Below, piece by piece: positions 1 through 12,660 of a stretch of 64,000 nt of DNA. Source of the DNA: Podarcis erhardii (lineage: Eukaryota); the NCBI GenBank assembly GCA_964252035.1, contig OZ176205.1, one strand, 5' to 3'. Position 1 is the first letter of the stretch; every line of letters starts with the position of its first letter. The notes beneath the pieces are model-generated. The model made no database searches. It was not told the origin of the DNA and worked only from the letters and a program-made list of their open reading frames with translations. Position numbers and translations under genes: made by a program.

Positions 1-276
1 CTCTAAATCATACAAGTCTTTAACGCTCTTCAGGAAAAGCAGTAGAGAGCTTTTCAAGGCCCTCTTAAAAGCATGTATGGAAGGGGCCAAGCTTAAGTTA
101 ATCAGAAGGGAGTTAGCCTTCTCTTGCTTATCCACTTTTCCTTGAAATTTCATAGCGCCCATGCTCCAGATCAGTGTTTGTTTCCCAGAGTTGTCAGTTG
201 ATATTGTGGTTGGAGCATTGTTAAATGTTTCTGCTGTGGGGCGAGTACTCACTTTCTCACATCTTTCCTTCTATAG

Positions 277-303
277 GATGTGCTAATGAAGCAGATTCAC
301 AAG
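277..303 (+). CDS. IPO13: IPO13 exon (27 nt, DVLMKQIHK)
   Basis: tag|GATGTG...CACAAG|gtaaga, phase 0/0. Confidence 0.9.
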
Positions 304-3300
304 GTAAGATACTTATACTCCTCCCTGGTGCAGAGGGTCAAAGAGTGTACGGAATATATGATTACTTATCAAGTTATTATTTCCGAAGTATTGAGCATTC
401 CAGTCAATGAGAGGAGGATTAGAGAAATTGGTGAAATTGCATGTCTCCCAAACAGAGTTTTGATCAGGAGTGGGGAATCTGTGACCCTCCAGAAGTTGCT
501 GGCCATTGGCTTTGCAGGCAAGAACTGTTGGGAGTTGGAATCCAAAAGCATCTGTAGAGTCACACATTTTTCTTTCCTAGTTTAGATAGACATCCATTAT
601 GTTTCCAGGCATTCCAAAGCTGCATGAAAGAGTCTTATTTGTGTTTATCTGTGACTCAGGGCTCTGACAATGGCTATTTTGGTGCTAAGTTCTGGCACTA
701 AACACAGGTTTCTGTGTTGAGACTTCCAGAAGGCATAGCTAAGACTTAAGCATTAGAGTTGACGAAGAATAGAGGGAGAATAAACTCCAACTGAGATGTA
801 GTGTAGCATGACTTTTTGAGGATAATAGGAGAAACTAAGAATGTTGTCCATCTTGTTCTGCCCCCAGACAAGTCAGTGCATGTGGCTGATGCAAGCTCTG
901 GGCTTCTTGCTCTCTGCCCTCCAAGTGGAGGAGATTTTGAAGAATCTGCACTCACTGATTACTCCTTACATCCAGCAGCTGGAGAAGCTGGCTGATGAAA
1001 CGGTGAGCTACTTCACTTGCTTGGTGGTGGCTGTTTGCCAACCTTCTTTTAAGAAAGAATAGAGTCTGTTGTGTGTAAAACTCTACTCTTCTTCTTGCAA
1101 GTTGTGCCTTGTTTTAACCATACCTCCCTGGTCTTGCAAGCCTCTCATTTATTATCTCTGTCCTCTGGTTTTTAAATTCCTTCCCCCTGCCCTGTTTTCC
1201 ATTATGCTTCTGGAGTCAAGAACGGAGTGGGTGAGAATTGGCTGGGGGGGGGGGAATCAATCACTAGACTATGCTTCACAGTTGTGCTGTCCATTCTTGC
1301 TGCCAATCTGGGACATCTGATGTGAGTGGCCCATATCCTGGGTCTACTGTAACTGCTATAGTGATGCCTTGCCTTGCAGCCAAACCCCTCCAACAAGCTG
1401 GCCATCATCCACATCCTGGGCTTGCTCTCCAACCTCTTCACCACATTGGATATCAGTCATCATGATGATGATCATGAGAGTTCAGAGGTCAAGAAGCTGC
1501 CGGTGCCTCAGGGCCCCAATCCGGTGGGTGTTACATGTGTCTGAGTATTTCTTTTTATACATTAGGGCATACAACTCCATGTTTATTTGGCTGTGCCTCT
1601 TCCCTGCCATGTAACTGTGGGCAGCTTCTTCTAACTTTTGAAGGGCAGTAGCATAGAATGGTTGAAGGGTTGTGAAAATAGGTGGTGTACAACATAGCAC
1701 TGTGTGTGTTACTTTAACTATTGGAATGAGCCCGTGTAGATTAGCCACTTCATCACCGCAGATTGTGAGCTTTTTGACGTGACTACTGAGTGATCAGAAG
1801 AGAGCTCAGAATGTCCCTTCAATTGTGTATATTTTCTTTGTGTTCGCTTTTAAAAAGAAGTGAGAGCAGCTGCACATCTGGTATTGTGAGACTTTTGAAA
1901 ACTACTCTGGCATAATATGAGTTGTGGAGCAATCTCTAGAGAGGCCTCTAATACCATCTTTTCATCCCTGGATCTGAATGGTTGTGAGCTGTCTCCTCCT
2001 CCTCCTCAAACTGTCGTAGACCAGGCCAGTTTCATAATTATCTTCTATCTTCTTCCTCTAGGTAGTGATGGTGCTGCAGCAAGTCTTCCAGCTTATCCAG
2101 AAAGTGCTCAGCAAGTGGCTGAATGATGCCCAGGTTGTGGAGGTAATGCATCTTCTAGGTTAAAAAACAAGCAACACTTTGCCCACATAGCTATAGTTAG
2201 ATAGGAGATTCCCAGGTTGGCACTGGTGGTTGTTGGCAGAACTTGAAGAATGTATGTTTGTGATGTTGGATAAGTCTCTCTTTTCAGTTGATTCCCACAT
2301 TCTGTTCAATTTGGTATTCTACTTTTAGGCTTAGGAGTTTGGCCGACCACGCCAAACTTACCTCACAGAACCTAATTGGAGGTGGGTGGAGAAAACTATA
2401 TATGGCACCTCAGGCTTCTTTGAGGAAAGGAGAAGTACAGAATCAATAGATATTTAGCTAAGGAACAAGTTATTTAACCAGTCCTCCCTTGATGCAGCCC
2501 TTCCTCTTCCCACAGTCTGTGTGCTCCATTTTTGAAAAGTCTGTGAAGACCCTCCTGGATGACTTTGCACCCATGGTGCCTCAACTGTGTGAGATGCTGG
2601 GCCAGATGTATAGCACCATTCCTCAGGCATCTGCCATTGATCTCACTCGACAGGTAAGTCTAAGTACTAGAATTCCTGGAAGCTACTAAGTTTACAATGG
2701 AGGCTGATTACTCAACAGATTAATTCCTACCCACTTAGTATCTTTAGCTTGTCTCCTTTGTTTTGTTCAAGCACAGATATTGCTCAAAATGTGTTTTCCC
2801 CCATACACACGAATTGTGTATTCACATATCTGAGAAGCTACTGTAGTGTTCCTATGCCAGCTGGTCTCTGTCTCCTTTGCTGTGTTAGCAGCAAGGGTCT
2901 TGTTGATGTTTTTAGGCAAAGAACAGGCAGCTAGACTTACATGGGGGATAGCTAGGGGCTACAAATATGGGATGGAATGGAATGGGTCAAACCAGACTGC
3001 TCTGGCTTCAGTCTCCTTTGTATTTTATATCCCCAGCTGGTTCACATCTTTGCCCATGAGCCTGCCCATTTCCCACCTATCAAGGCGCTCTTTCTGCTCG
3101 TCACATCAGTTACGCTAACACTGTTTCAGCAAGGTACGTGTGCTTGGGCACCTTCAGTCTTGTGAGGCTGCCACGTTGAAAACTGCTGTTCCTGGTTTCA
3201 GCTGTTCAGACTCGACTATAAGGTGTGTGCAGGTGGGGGGAGGGAACACCTTCCTCAGGTCATGGCTGTGCTCGTTCAGTTCCAAAAGCTTTTAGCTGGT

Positions 3301-6300
3301 ACAGATGAAGATGAAAAGCTCTTGCTGAGGTGGACTCTCTGGCATGCTTCTCCTCAGGTATCAGTGCCTGAGTGGACAGTAGTGCTGCCATTTCCCCCTC
3401 TTCTCCTGTCCTTCATGACTGGAAATGTGCCCTCCCCGTGTCAGATTCCTGGGTTAGGGCCCCAAGAGGAAGATGAAGTGAGCAATCAGCTCTGAGTAGA
3501 AAGCAAGAATCACTCAGGAGTGTGTTGTAATGTCTTTCAGTTAACCCCATCATGGCTCTTTTTTTTTCTCCTGTGGCCTAAATAAAACATTTGTCATGTG
3601 GACTCTGTATCCTATCTCCCTGGTTCTCCAGCTCAAAGGATTCCTTTTACAGCTTTGTGAAATTCCCAGCAAGTGTTTGGACTTGCCTTTGCATGGAACT
3701 GCCATATTGACTCCATGTTGACCCCAGCTGAGATGAAAAGCTTGGAATACATGTACAGATCCAGTCAGCATGGTTGGTGGGGTATCTGCTTCCTTCTCCA
3801 GGTTCTTGTTTGAACTCAGAATTGATGGGGAGCAACTAGTACTTGGAGTGATGCCCTGTTACTGCCTGACTGGGTCAGGCATAGCCAACATGGAGGAAGA
3901 GAATTCTCAGATCCAGGAAAGCTTATGTGATAATAAATTTGCTAAATTTATAATGCCACAAGGTTTCTGTTTTGTGGAATGGAAGTATGCTTACCAGCAA
4001 CCACACTGGCCTTTCCCTGCAGAAAATGCCAGAAAGTTGGGTTCTTCCCAACTAGGCAGGCATGTGGACATGGGTGTTAGGAAAATACTGTGTTGGGACT
4101 GTCCATCCAGCACTCTAGTGGATTTCCAATACTTTGTGCCTACTCCATGTCAATACTGGATTTGTTGTTTGACTCTGGAGTTGTCTTTCAGGACCAAGTA
4201 AATCATGATAACATGTATCCAGTTCAAATGTGCTCGTTCTCCACATGAAGCTGGTGTCCAGTTAGCTCCTGCTTCTCTCTTCCCTTGCTAGGGTGCAATG
4301 AGCTCTCCCCTTCCTATCCTTGGTGCTTGGCAGGGGACTCTGGGCACAGGCCTATTCCTTTGCACTTTCTTTCTGTTCTTGGGTTTCCAAGCTCCATGAT
4401 TTTTGTATGTTTTGTTTCTTTAACTTGCTTCAAGCTGCTCATGTGCCTGCCCTCCTCAACCCACGCCCTTGCACCCTCCCCTTCCTTCCCTTACTCCTGT
4501 TTTCACTTGTAAATTCTTTCTGTATCACATAACTATATGATGTTGAGTTGCTGTTTGTATGATTTTTCTCTTCAGTTACATCTTTATTATATTTTTAGGG
4601 CCCAGGGATCATCCTGATATTGTTGATTCATTTATGCAACTCCTGGCACAGGTGTGTTTTAGTTTCTTATTCATTCACTTTCTGTTCTCTCTCTTTCTCT
4701 TTTTTAATTCAATTTAAACCTATTTTTAGCTTTCTGTTGACAACGTTTTTTCCTTTTAGTTGAATATCGAGTTTCTCCATCTGTTTCCGTGGAAGTTGAA
4801 AACAAAACATTCTCCTTTTTCATAGGTGTGAGTTTGCCCTTTCCATTCCCCAAGGGGCAACACCTAGTGATGCAACAAGGCTTGTAGGTTGGGTTTGTTT
4901 TCAGGTCATGTGGTGTGGCCTTGCCCAGGAGGGGGCTGCTGAAAAATTGGTAAATGTAGTTCAAGAGTTCTGGCAGCAGCATTCCAGTCCTGGTATAGAT
5001 CTGCGTGCTTTTCTGAAGTGACTCTGACTTCTTTACAAATGCTGGCAAGTCCATGGTTTCTGTTTATTAGGTAGGAGTGATGTATTCAGTAACTTGGTGG
5101 ATCTGGGAGGGGCAGCTGATCTAATGGGCAAGGATAGCAGATGAGCCTTGTCTCCCGTGTTTGACCCCAAAACCCTTCTGCACTCCAGCATTTCTGCCAA
5201 GGCTTCCTGTGTCTGGTGTTTTGTTTTTCCCCCAGATTGTGCATCTTCCATAGAGCTCTGTCTCTAATGCTGTAATGACATCATGCACAGGGCAGGGCAA
5301 AGCAGTGGTGGTGGAATACAAACAGAGGCTGGTGGGTATCATTCCCTGGAGTAAGTGAAGGATGAAGCACCCCCAGCAAGTGGATTAGAATGAGCAATCC
5401 CTAGACTGAAAATAAGCTGCAGCACTAAGAACTGATGGAGCAGAATGGGGTGGGATCTTATATATTGATCTCCTGACTGTAATAATGCTCTCTCGTTGGC
5501 TCTGGTTTATTGTTGCCTAATGGGGTTTCTGTATACTGTGATGGGGGAAGTATCTGAGTGCTTAGCTCCCCCTTGTGGCAGTTAATACAGATGCAAATAT
5601 GGGAGGCAATGTTGCTAATAGGTAAAGGTAAAGGGACCCCTGACCATCAGCTAATACTCACACTTCTCTTCAGTAACACAGTAACAAACCTCCAGAAAAT
5701 TCTGAAATTTGACAACAGCAAATCGCAAAATTAAAATGCCACCCTTTAGAGTTCTTATTCTTGTTTTGTCATCATGTTAAGGGGATGTCAGCTATCAATG
5801 TACAGTTAAATATCAAATACTGAAATCAGTTATAATTATATAGGTGGAGCCCTATGGTGGATCCATGTTCTCAGGAAAGGGTTGGAACAATCTCATCCTA
5901 GGAGGGGGGTAGGGAGTAGCTTTAGCCAGATGAAGGAAAAGGAGTTGGAATGGTAGATGTGAAGAGAGGGGCTAGGAGAAGCCCCTGGGGCATCCAGACA
6001 CAGTTGAAAGCCCCACAGAAGCTCATGCAGTTCGACATGGAACAACTTGGGACCCCAGATCTTCTGACTGACTGCATCCAGATGAGACCTAATCACCAGC
6101 CAATATTCATCCTGAAGAATTAAAAAATGCAGCACTGTGTCTGGGACGGTGGGTGTCATAGTTTGGCTCATGCTGGAAATTAAAGCAGTAGTGTTTCAGT
6201 GGACTCAAAACAACGCTATAAATACTTTTTTATATTGTATGTCTTCTTCTCTTGCATATATACACACACATATATACACACACATACACACACACTTTCC

Positions 6301-9300
6301 TCCCTTGGTTGAATAAATATTGTTTGTTTGCCTCCATAAAATTTGAGAGAAGCTCAAATTAGAAGTTGCCTGGGTTTGGGCTGATTTAGCTACTAGTGCC
6401 CAGTATGTTTTGTTCACCACTTCTTTTGGAGATGTGAAAGCTGGTGGTCTGGAGATACTGCACCCTGCATCTTGGGGTCACTGGCATTCTTATTGTCTCT
6501 TATTCTACTTCATCTGTGAGCCTAAGTCCCATTGCACTTTTGCTATCTCTCAGCATTCACATTAAAACTTAACACACACCCCAAAAGAGGAGAGAGAGGC
6601 AGCTGATATACTGGTTATTCCCCATATTGTCATTAGCACTTTCATTCTTTCTTTGAGTAAAAAAATAAAATTCTACCTCCTGGTCCGCCAGTCCCACAAA
6701 ACAGCTTACAATAAGATACAATAAAATTCTGAAGCAATATTCGAAACACTTGTAACTAAAAGATTAATTACAGTAGTCCAGCATTTGAAACTCTCCATCT
6801 TCCAACTGCCTTGCTAAAAATATGTTTGGGCCATGCACCAAAATGCATCTTAGCAGACTCTCTAGAGTGACACTTCCAAGGGCAGGCTGCCATCACCCAA
6901 AGAGTCATGCTCTTTGTGGCTACCAGCCTACATACACCTGTAGTACTTGGAGCAAGAACTCAACTAAAACAAAAGAGGCAGAGTGGATTTATATGGGAGA
7001 ATATGACCCTTGAGGTAACATGGTTCCAAACTATGCATGGTTCTGGATTCTGTATGAAGCAAAGAGGACTGGGTTGCATTTGAAAGTGCAACTTCTGCAG
7101 TCTGCCATTTTCCTATAATTTGCTGACGGTGTCCCGTTGGCAGAATGTCACCATACCCTTCTCTCTTGGAGTAAGCCTAAATTGGCAATGCCCTAGAAGA
7201 CTTAGGTTAACATTTGCTGTGTTTAACTTGCCCAACTGGTGGCCCGTGTCCAGGCTCGTTCTGTCCCAACAACCAAGTTAAAAGACACTGGATATAGGAG
7301 TATTTGAGAAGTCTGAAATCCTAGGGGAATGTTCTCCCCTCACGCTTAGTGTGGAGACAAATCAGTAGGAAAATTCTTCACAGCATCAGCATCAGGCATG
7401 CACTTTCTTTGAAGCCATCTAGTGAGACTAGAATACAGGCCTAGCAGAAGGGTCAGTTTGCTAAAATGAGAAGACCATTGAGTATGTAACAACACTGCTT
7501 GTCCATTCAAGTGGACTGGTACATTGTGAAACATAAATGTTGTGTCTGTGGGCAGAATTATGCAAGAATATATACCATTTTCCTTTCTTTGTTCAAAAAT
7601 CAAATCATCTTGATTTGCAAGTATTGCCCCACTAATGCCTATATTATCCCTAAATCAAAAGACCAGCAGCCTGGGCTTAAATATACATTTGAGCTTTCCT
7701 GAAATTGTGTGTGTGTACTGCCATGTAGAAGAAAAAAAGAAGTGAAGAGGAAAGGGAGATGCAAAAGAATGATCTTTTGTTGGAACAATTTTAATTGCTT
7801 AAAATGTCAGAACACTAGAGTCATTCCTCTAGCATAGGTGTTTACATGAAAATTTTAAATACAGTGGTGCCTCGCAAGACGAAATTAATTCGTTCCGCGA
7901 GTTTTTTCGTCTTGCGATTTTTACGTCTTGCGAAGCACAGGCTTTGGAAAAGCTTCAAAAATCACCAAAGTCTTCAAAAACCTCAAAAAAGGCTACCACA
8001 CCGCGTGCTATGAGTTGCTCCTCGAAGTGAATGCATGGTTTTAAGAAAAAGGAAACAAACTTGCAAGACAAAGGAAACAAACTTGCAAGATGTTTTCGTC
8101 TTGCGAAGCAAGCCCATAGGGAAATCCGTCTTGCGAAGCAACTCAAAAAACGAAAAACTCTTTCGTTTTGCAAGTTTTTCGTCTTACGAGGCATTCGTCT
8201 TGCGAGGTACCACAGTATGTTCTTAGAGGTCCTAGTTTTAGCGCACCCCCATAAGGTTGCTTTGATACAAAGGTAGATGTTGAGAGACAAAGGGTTAGTG
8301 TCAAGTCATGAGCTTATTGTGAGCTAGCACTGAGTTTCCTTTAACTGGCTGTCATTATGTGGTATATTGGCTAAATTGTTTATGGAGACCTGTATAGGTA
8401 TTAATATAATTTATTCTGCATGGTTTAATTTGCTTCACTTTGGATATGAGCAAATGTTTCAGTAATGGAATACAAAGATGTGTGGGCTCAGACATTTGAT
8501 TTAATTGGCCTTTTTATCTATTTCTATACTGATGGCTCACAATGCACTGTGTACTAAGCAAATCTGTTTCCACTTAGTTGGCTGTAACACACTGTGGGAG
8601 GAATTCAACATAGCACTATGGCAATCATTCTGTCAAAGCAAGCGCTTCATCTTGCCATATGGAATGATGCCCCTCTCTTCCTCCTGCAGGCTGTTTTGGG
8701 GGGCCTCCTGGCCCTTCTCCAGCCAATTTGGGTGCAGGGAGAGGAAAGAGGGGAAGTCCCATTGCACTAGTTCTGCTAGTGGGGCTCATTAGTTGAAACT
8801 GGCCGTCAATATGTAAAAATGTACTTGGAGGAATGCAAACAAACGAAACATTCTTTACTAGGGTGATGGAATAAAAATCATTTTTAAAACTTTAGAGTAT
8901 TAGCAATATTCCGTAGCAGTTTTAACAGTAGCATTTGCAATACAAGAGCCATTGAAAACTCTGCAGATTAGCACCAGGCAGATATTTACCATTGCATGAC
9001 AGAAAGGGACATAACGTTGGATCGTAGGAAGATGCCTTACACCAGGTCAAACCATTGGTCCATCTAGCTCAGTATTGTCTACACTGACTGGTAGTGGCTC
9101 TGCCAGGTTTCAGGCAGGGGACATCCCTAGCCCTACCTGCAGATGTCGGAAATTGTACCTGAGAGCTTCAGTGTGCAAGGCAGATGCTCTGCCACTGAAT
9201 TACAGCCCTTCCCTTAACTCTCTTTGCTCCTTCCACCTGGGTGATGAACAAGTGAACAATCAAGGTGTGTAGAGTGGAAACTGAGAATGCAAAGCTTTGG

Positions 9301-12151
9301 AAGCTAGTCATTGCAGCGATTGGTATCCAGTTGCAGGTACAACAAGCAATACTTCTGCAGCCCCGGAAGATCGTGCTTCATTGACAAAGCACATACTTCA
9401 CATAGCTATATGGGAGTATAAGTTGTTTAGGGCCCTGTTTGTTAATAGGTCTCACCTTGTTTTGCGAATGCCATGGTGGAGCAGATGTTTAGGTCATTCA
9501 GGAATGGAAGTCACAGTGGGGACTGCTGTCCAAGGTGCTGAAATGGATAGGCTCGCAAAATTCTTGCCTGTGCTTGCTGTCTATGGTGCTGAAATAAGCT
9601 GCCAGGCAGCAATATTTATATTAAGTCACAAGTAAAACCAGCCTTTTTGTAGTTTAACAGGAATACTGAAACTAGATGAGCCCCCTTTCCTGACGGTGTA
9701 AGAAAGGAATTCCCACATATCTGGATTTCTTCATTTGTAGCAAAGTAGGAATCCTAGTAGGTTGTTTCTAGGTAATGTTTCAATTACATGTGTCTTCAGA
9801 GGCTCTTAATTACCTGGAGTCCTTGATGCCCTTGACTTCAGAAGTGTCCTACTTTTGTTCTTTCCCTTCCTGCTATATCTGACTTACTGTGCACCATGGC
9901 TGATGGCCAGGTAAGTGCACATGGGGGTCTTGGCCAGGGAGCTATTCTGTGGCACTTTTTTGCCCTGGCTTGCCAGAGCTGTGTTTATTGTCTGTGTATG
10001 TGTGTGTACCTTGCAGGCACTCAAACGGAAACCTGACCTGTTCCTGTGTAGCAGCCTGGATGTCAAAGCAGTATTCCATTGTGGTGAGTAGGCAGGCCCC
10101 GTAAGACTAAGCTATCAAAAAATTGAGCTCCCTTGATGCAGCTGGGAAAGCTGATTTAGCCAAATGAGGCAGTGTTTCTTAAAGGTTCAGATATATGACA
10201 ACAGCCTGCATGTTTGATGTAGAAACACCCCTCCAATCAGACCAGCTGAAGCTCCATGTAAAGTCCTATAGCTTGGAGAAGGGAAGGCTCCTTTCCTTCC
10301 CGCTCCTGTGGAAAGCTTTGAATTGTGTTAGCTAAGTCCTGAAGTGTTGCTTTCCCTCTAGGTGTGATCTCCTTGAAGTTCCCTGAAGCACCAACTGTCA
10401 AAGCTGCCTGTGGCTTTTTTGTGAGTGTTTTGCTTTTGCTAAATCTGCCATTGGCCAATGGTACAGGCAGAGTTGTGTTTGGGCCAAGTGGCTTGGAAGC
10501 ACTTGTGCTGGGACAGGATGGAGAAGCACCCAGAACTGGTGAGAGGGAGCCTCCTCCAAATTCCAGAAAGGAGCTTTTCCTTTCATAAGTTGCCATTTAG
10601 GCCTTTTTATTTTCTTTTGCAGTTGGGATTTTTTGTATGGAGGCATTTTCTCCTAACTGTATATGCCTCCACTCTGTTTGGACATGTATACAGGAATGTG
10701 CTTGTCTCCTACATGGAACTGGAGACAGATATCTGAGTTCTAGCAATACAGTTTGCATCAACTCCTTCTCACTGTTTCTTACAGACTGAGTTATTGCCAC
10801 GTTGTGGGGAGATTCCACCGGTGGGACAAGTGGTACATGAGAATGGCAAAATGCTGCTGCAGGCTGTGCTTGAGGTAAGGAGTGGGGCTTTTCAAGCTAA
10901 GTCAGGGACAATTAGAAGGAATAACTGGAAGGAGCCATGCTCACAGATAAGCTGCACTTATTCCAGTATGTTTTATTAATTCAGCTCCCTTCTAACCAGA
11001 ATATCCCTGAATGATTTGCAGCCTGATCTAGTATTTCGTGTCTTACTTGGAAGCGTGTTCCACTAGGTTCAGTGGTGCTTACTCCCAAGCAAGTGTGCCA
11101 CCTTGGCCACTTCCTTTTTAAAAACACTTCCTTGATGCAATCTGCTGGAGCCTTCTTAGGTTTGTAATGTAATGCTCCCTCCTGCAGTGCAGTCTCCTGG
11201 GAGGATTATTGTCTGGTGTTAACTGGATTTGCTCCATCTGCAGGGTGTAGGTGGCCAAGCCGCACGCAACTTGATGGATCACTTTGCTGAGATCCTCTTT
11301 GCTCTCAACAAGCACTGCTTCAGTTACTTGAGTGTCTGGATCAAGGAAGTGCTGCAGCAGGATGGTTTTCCATCAGCCCGTGTCAGCCCTGAACAGAAGG
11401 AAATCTTCAGCCAGCAAATTCTCAGGTGAACTTTCTCTTGAAGACTTTTCTGGAAGACTGAGTTGGGGAAGATGTGTGAGCGGGTTTCTTGGCTCTTCAG
11501 TTTTCTATCTGTGCCCCCAAATTGTCATGAGTGATCATGATAGATACTGAGCATTTCCCCAGGTTCAACAGTTCTCCCCAGAATCTTCTACAATAAAGAG
11601 CTTGCTTATTTTTTTTATTTTTTAGTTAATTAATTAAGATGTTCAGAAAGGTTCAAGGTATTTATATAAAGTAGAGGTAAATAGAAAAGTGTAGCACGGA
11701 AACTATTGGCCTGTTCTGGCAGGCTCTTCTTGTATTCTTATGGCTGGAAGAGCAGGATTCACTAGATTAATCCAGACACCAATGAACTGAGATGCACTGG
11801 TGAACGATAATTTGCAGAACAGGAACATGAGTTATTTGAAAGAGGATGTCTTAATGGAGGGCAGCAATGATTATAGTAGCTGTGCAGAGCACGTCTGCAG
11901 TGCCCAGCTCTCAGTGCTGGGGATTCCATGGGTTTGGCACTGGGTGGTGCCCTTGTGTATGGAAACATCCGACTCAGCTCTAGCTGTATTTTTAAGTGAC
12001 TCATTCACCATTCTTCTATATCAGCCTTTCATCGTTCTTTTTCTGTGTTAGCAGAGAGCGTGTGAACAAACGGCGTGTGAAGGAGATGGTAAAGGAGTTC
12101 ACACTGCTGTGCCGAGGACTACATGGTACCGAATACACAGCAGACTACTGA
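277..12151 (+). CDS. IPO13: Importin-13, 3' portion (12 coding exons, 389 aa + stop; 5' exons lie before the window)
   Basis: join(277-303,868-1002,1380-1523,2062-2142,2516-2653,3037-3133,4599-4651,10017-10083,10362-10420,10785-10874,11244-11425,12055-12151) = 1170 nt, open, all GT-AG. Translation DVLMKQIHKTSQCMWLMQALGFLLSAL...RVKEMVKEFTLLCRGLHGTEYTADY* matches vertebrate IPO13 as I recall it; syntenic with DPH2/ATP6V0B/B4GALT2. Confidence 0.97.
868..1002 (+). CDS. IPO13: IPO13 exon (TSQCMW...LADET)
   Basis: ccag|ACA...ACG|gtgagc, 135 nt. Confidence 0.95.
1380..1523 (+). CDS. IPO13: IPO13 exon (PNPSNKLAI...GPNP)
   Basis: gcag|CCA...CCG|gtgggt, 144 nt. Confidence 0.95.
2062..2142 (+). CDS. 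IPO13: IPO13 exon (VVMVLQQ...AQVVE)
   Basis: ctag|GTA...GAG|gtaatg, 81 nt. Confidence 0.95.
2516..2653 (+). CDS. IPO13: IPO13 exon (SVCSIFEK...DLTRQ)
   Basis: acag|TCT...CAG|gtaagt, 138 nt. Confidence 0.95.
3037..3133 (+). CDS. IPO13: IPO13 exon (LVHIFAHE...LFQQ)
   Basis: ccag|CTG...CAAG|gtacgt, 97 nt. Confidence 0.95.
4599..4651 (+). CDS. IPO13: IPO13 exon (GPRDHPDIVDSFMQLLAQ)
   Basis: ttag|GG...CAG|gtgtgt, 53 nt. Confidence 0.95.
5621..5649 (-). mobile_element. Extremely 5'-truncated Sauria SINE (3' tail only)
   Basis: ggtaaaggtaaagggacccctgaccatca flanked by the direct repeat GCTAATA (5614-5620, 5650-5656); resembles the tail of the full copy at 53811. Confidence 0.75.
6660..6990 (-). 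mobile_element. Old L2 LINE 3' remnant
   Basis: Degenerate resemblance to the 3' end layout of the L2 at 38165-38500 (aataaaatt...cagcttacaat, cacttccaagg); by eye only. Confidence 0.45.
7862..8215. mobile_element. Tc1/mariner (Tigger/pogo-like) MITE, 354 bp
   Basis: TA|CAGTGGTGCCTCGCAAGACG...CGTCTTGCGAGGTACCACAG|TA; TIRs plus TA TSD; near-identical to 57683-58057. Confidence 0.9.
9010..9213 (-). mobile_element. tRNA-derived squamate SINE (Squam3-like)
   Basis: Minus strand: gggaagggctgtaattcagtggcagagcatctgcc (A box)...ctcaggtacaatttc (B box-like)...gctagatggaccaatggt...ttcctacga tail. Confidence 0.75.
10017..10083 (+). CDS. IPO13: IPO13 exon (ALKRKPDLF...VFHC)
   Basis: gcag|GCA...TGTG|gtgagt, 67 nt. 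Confidence 0.95.
10362..10420 (+). CDS. IPO13: IPO13 exon (GVISLKFPEAPTVKAACGFF)
   Basis: ctag|GT...TTT|gtgagt, 59 nt. Confidence 0.95.
10785..10874 (+). CDS. IPO13: IPO13 exon (TELLPRCGE...AVLE)
   Basis: acag|ACT...GAG|gtaagg, 90 nt. Confidence 0.95.
11244..11425 (+). CDS. IPO13: IPO13 exon (GVGGQAAR...SQQIL)
   Basis: gcag|GGT...CTCAG|gtgaac, 182 nt. Confidence 0.95.
12055..12151 (+). CDS. IPO13: IPO13 last coding exon (ERVNKRR...YTADY*)
   Basis: tagcag|AGAG...TGA, 97 nt. Confidence 0.95.
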
Positions 12152-12654
12152 GGGGCCATGTAGCAAAACAGGAGCATGAACAGATCTGCTGGCTACCTGC
12201 CACTGCCTAACGCTGCTATTGAACCAGCTCATAGGACGATAACTGCAACTAACCTGCTGAGGCTGCTCCTCTCAAGAATGAGCTGTTTGTCCATCCCTCC
12301 TGCATGTTCAGAGGCAGCAGGCTACAAGGACTTGGAGCACAGGCTGGAGCTGAGGAGATTTCCTCCCCCTGCTAGACTGGTGCCATGATTGCCCCTTGTT
12401 TTCCCGGCACACTCCTGTAGACATATCTGTGGTATTGTCTGTTCCTAAAGAGTCTGCCTTTGCCCTGCATGAGGCAGCTTGTGTCTGACTGAAGTGGAAG
12501 GCCCTGCAGCCTTGAATTATATTAAGGCTATTTCTAAGCTGTGGTGTTTGGTGAATTGGGGGAAGAGACGTAACTTCTGGACAATATTGGGCAGGGGAGG
12601 GTAAAAAGCTGTAGCAGCTGCAGTTGCACTTATAGCTGCCCTAGCCTAACGGGT

Positions 12655-12660
12655 AATAAA
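12655..12660 (+). terminator. Candidate IPO13 polyadenylation signal AATAAA
   Basis: AATAAA about 500 nt after the stop; usage unproven. Confidence 0.4.

Noticed and set aside
3770-4201. 143-aa ORF in an IPO13 intron
   Set aside because: No recognisable homology, codon pattern or splice support.
7955-8290. ORFs repeated at 57522-58109
   Set aside because: They come from the two MITE copies; no DDE/DDD or HTH transposase motif.
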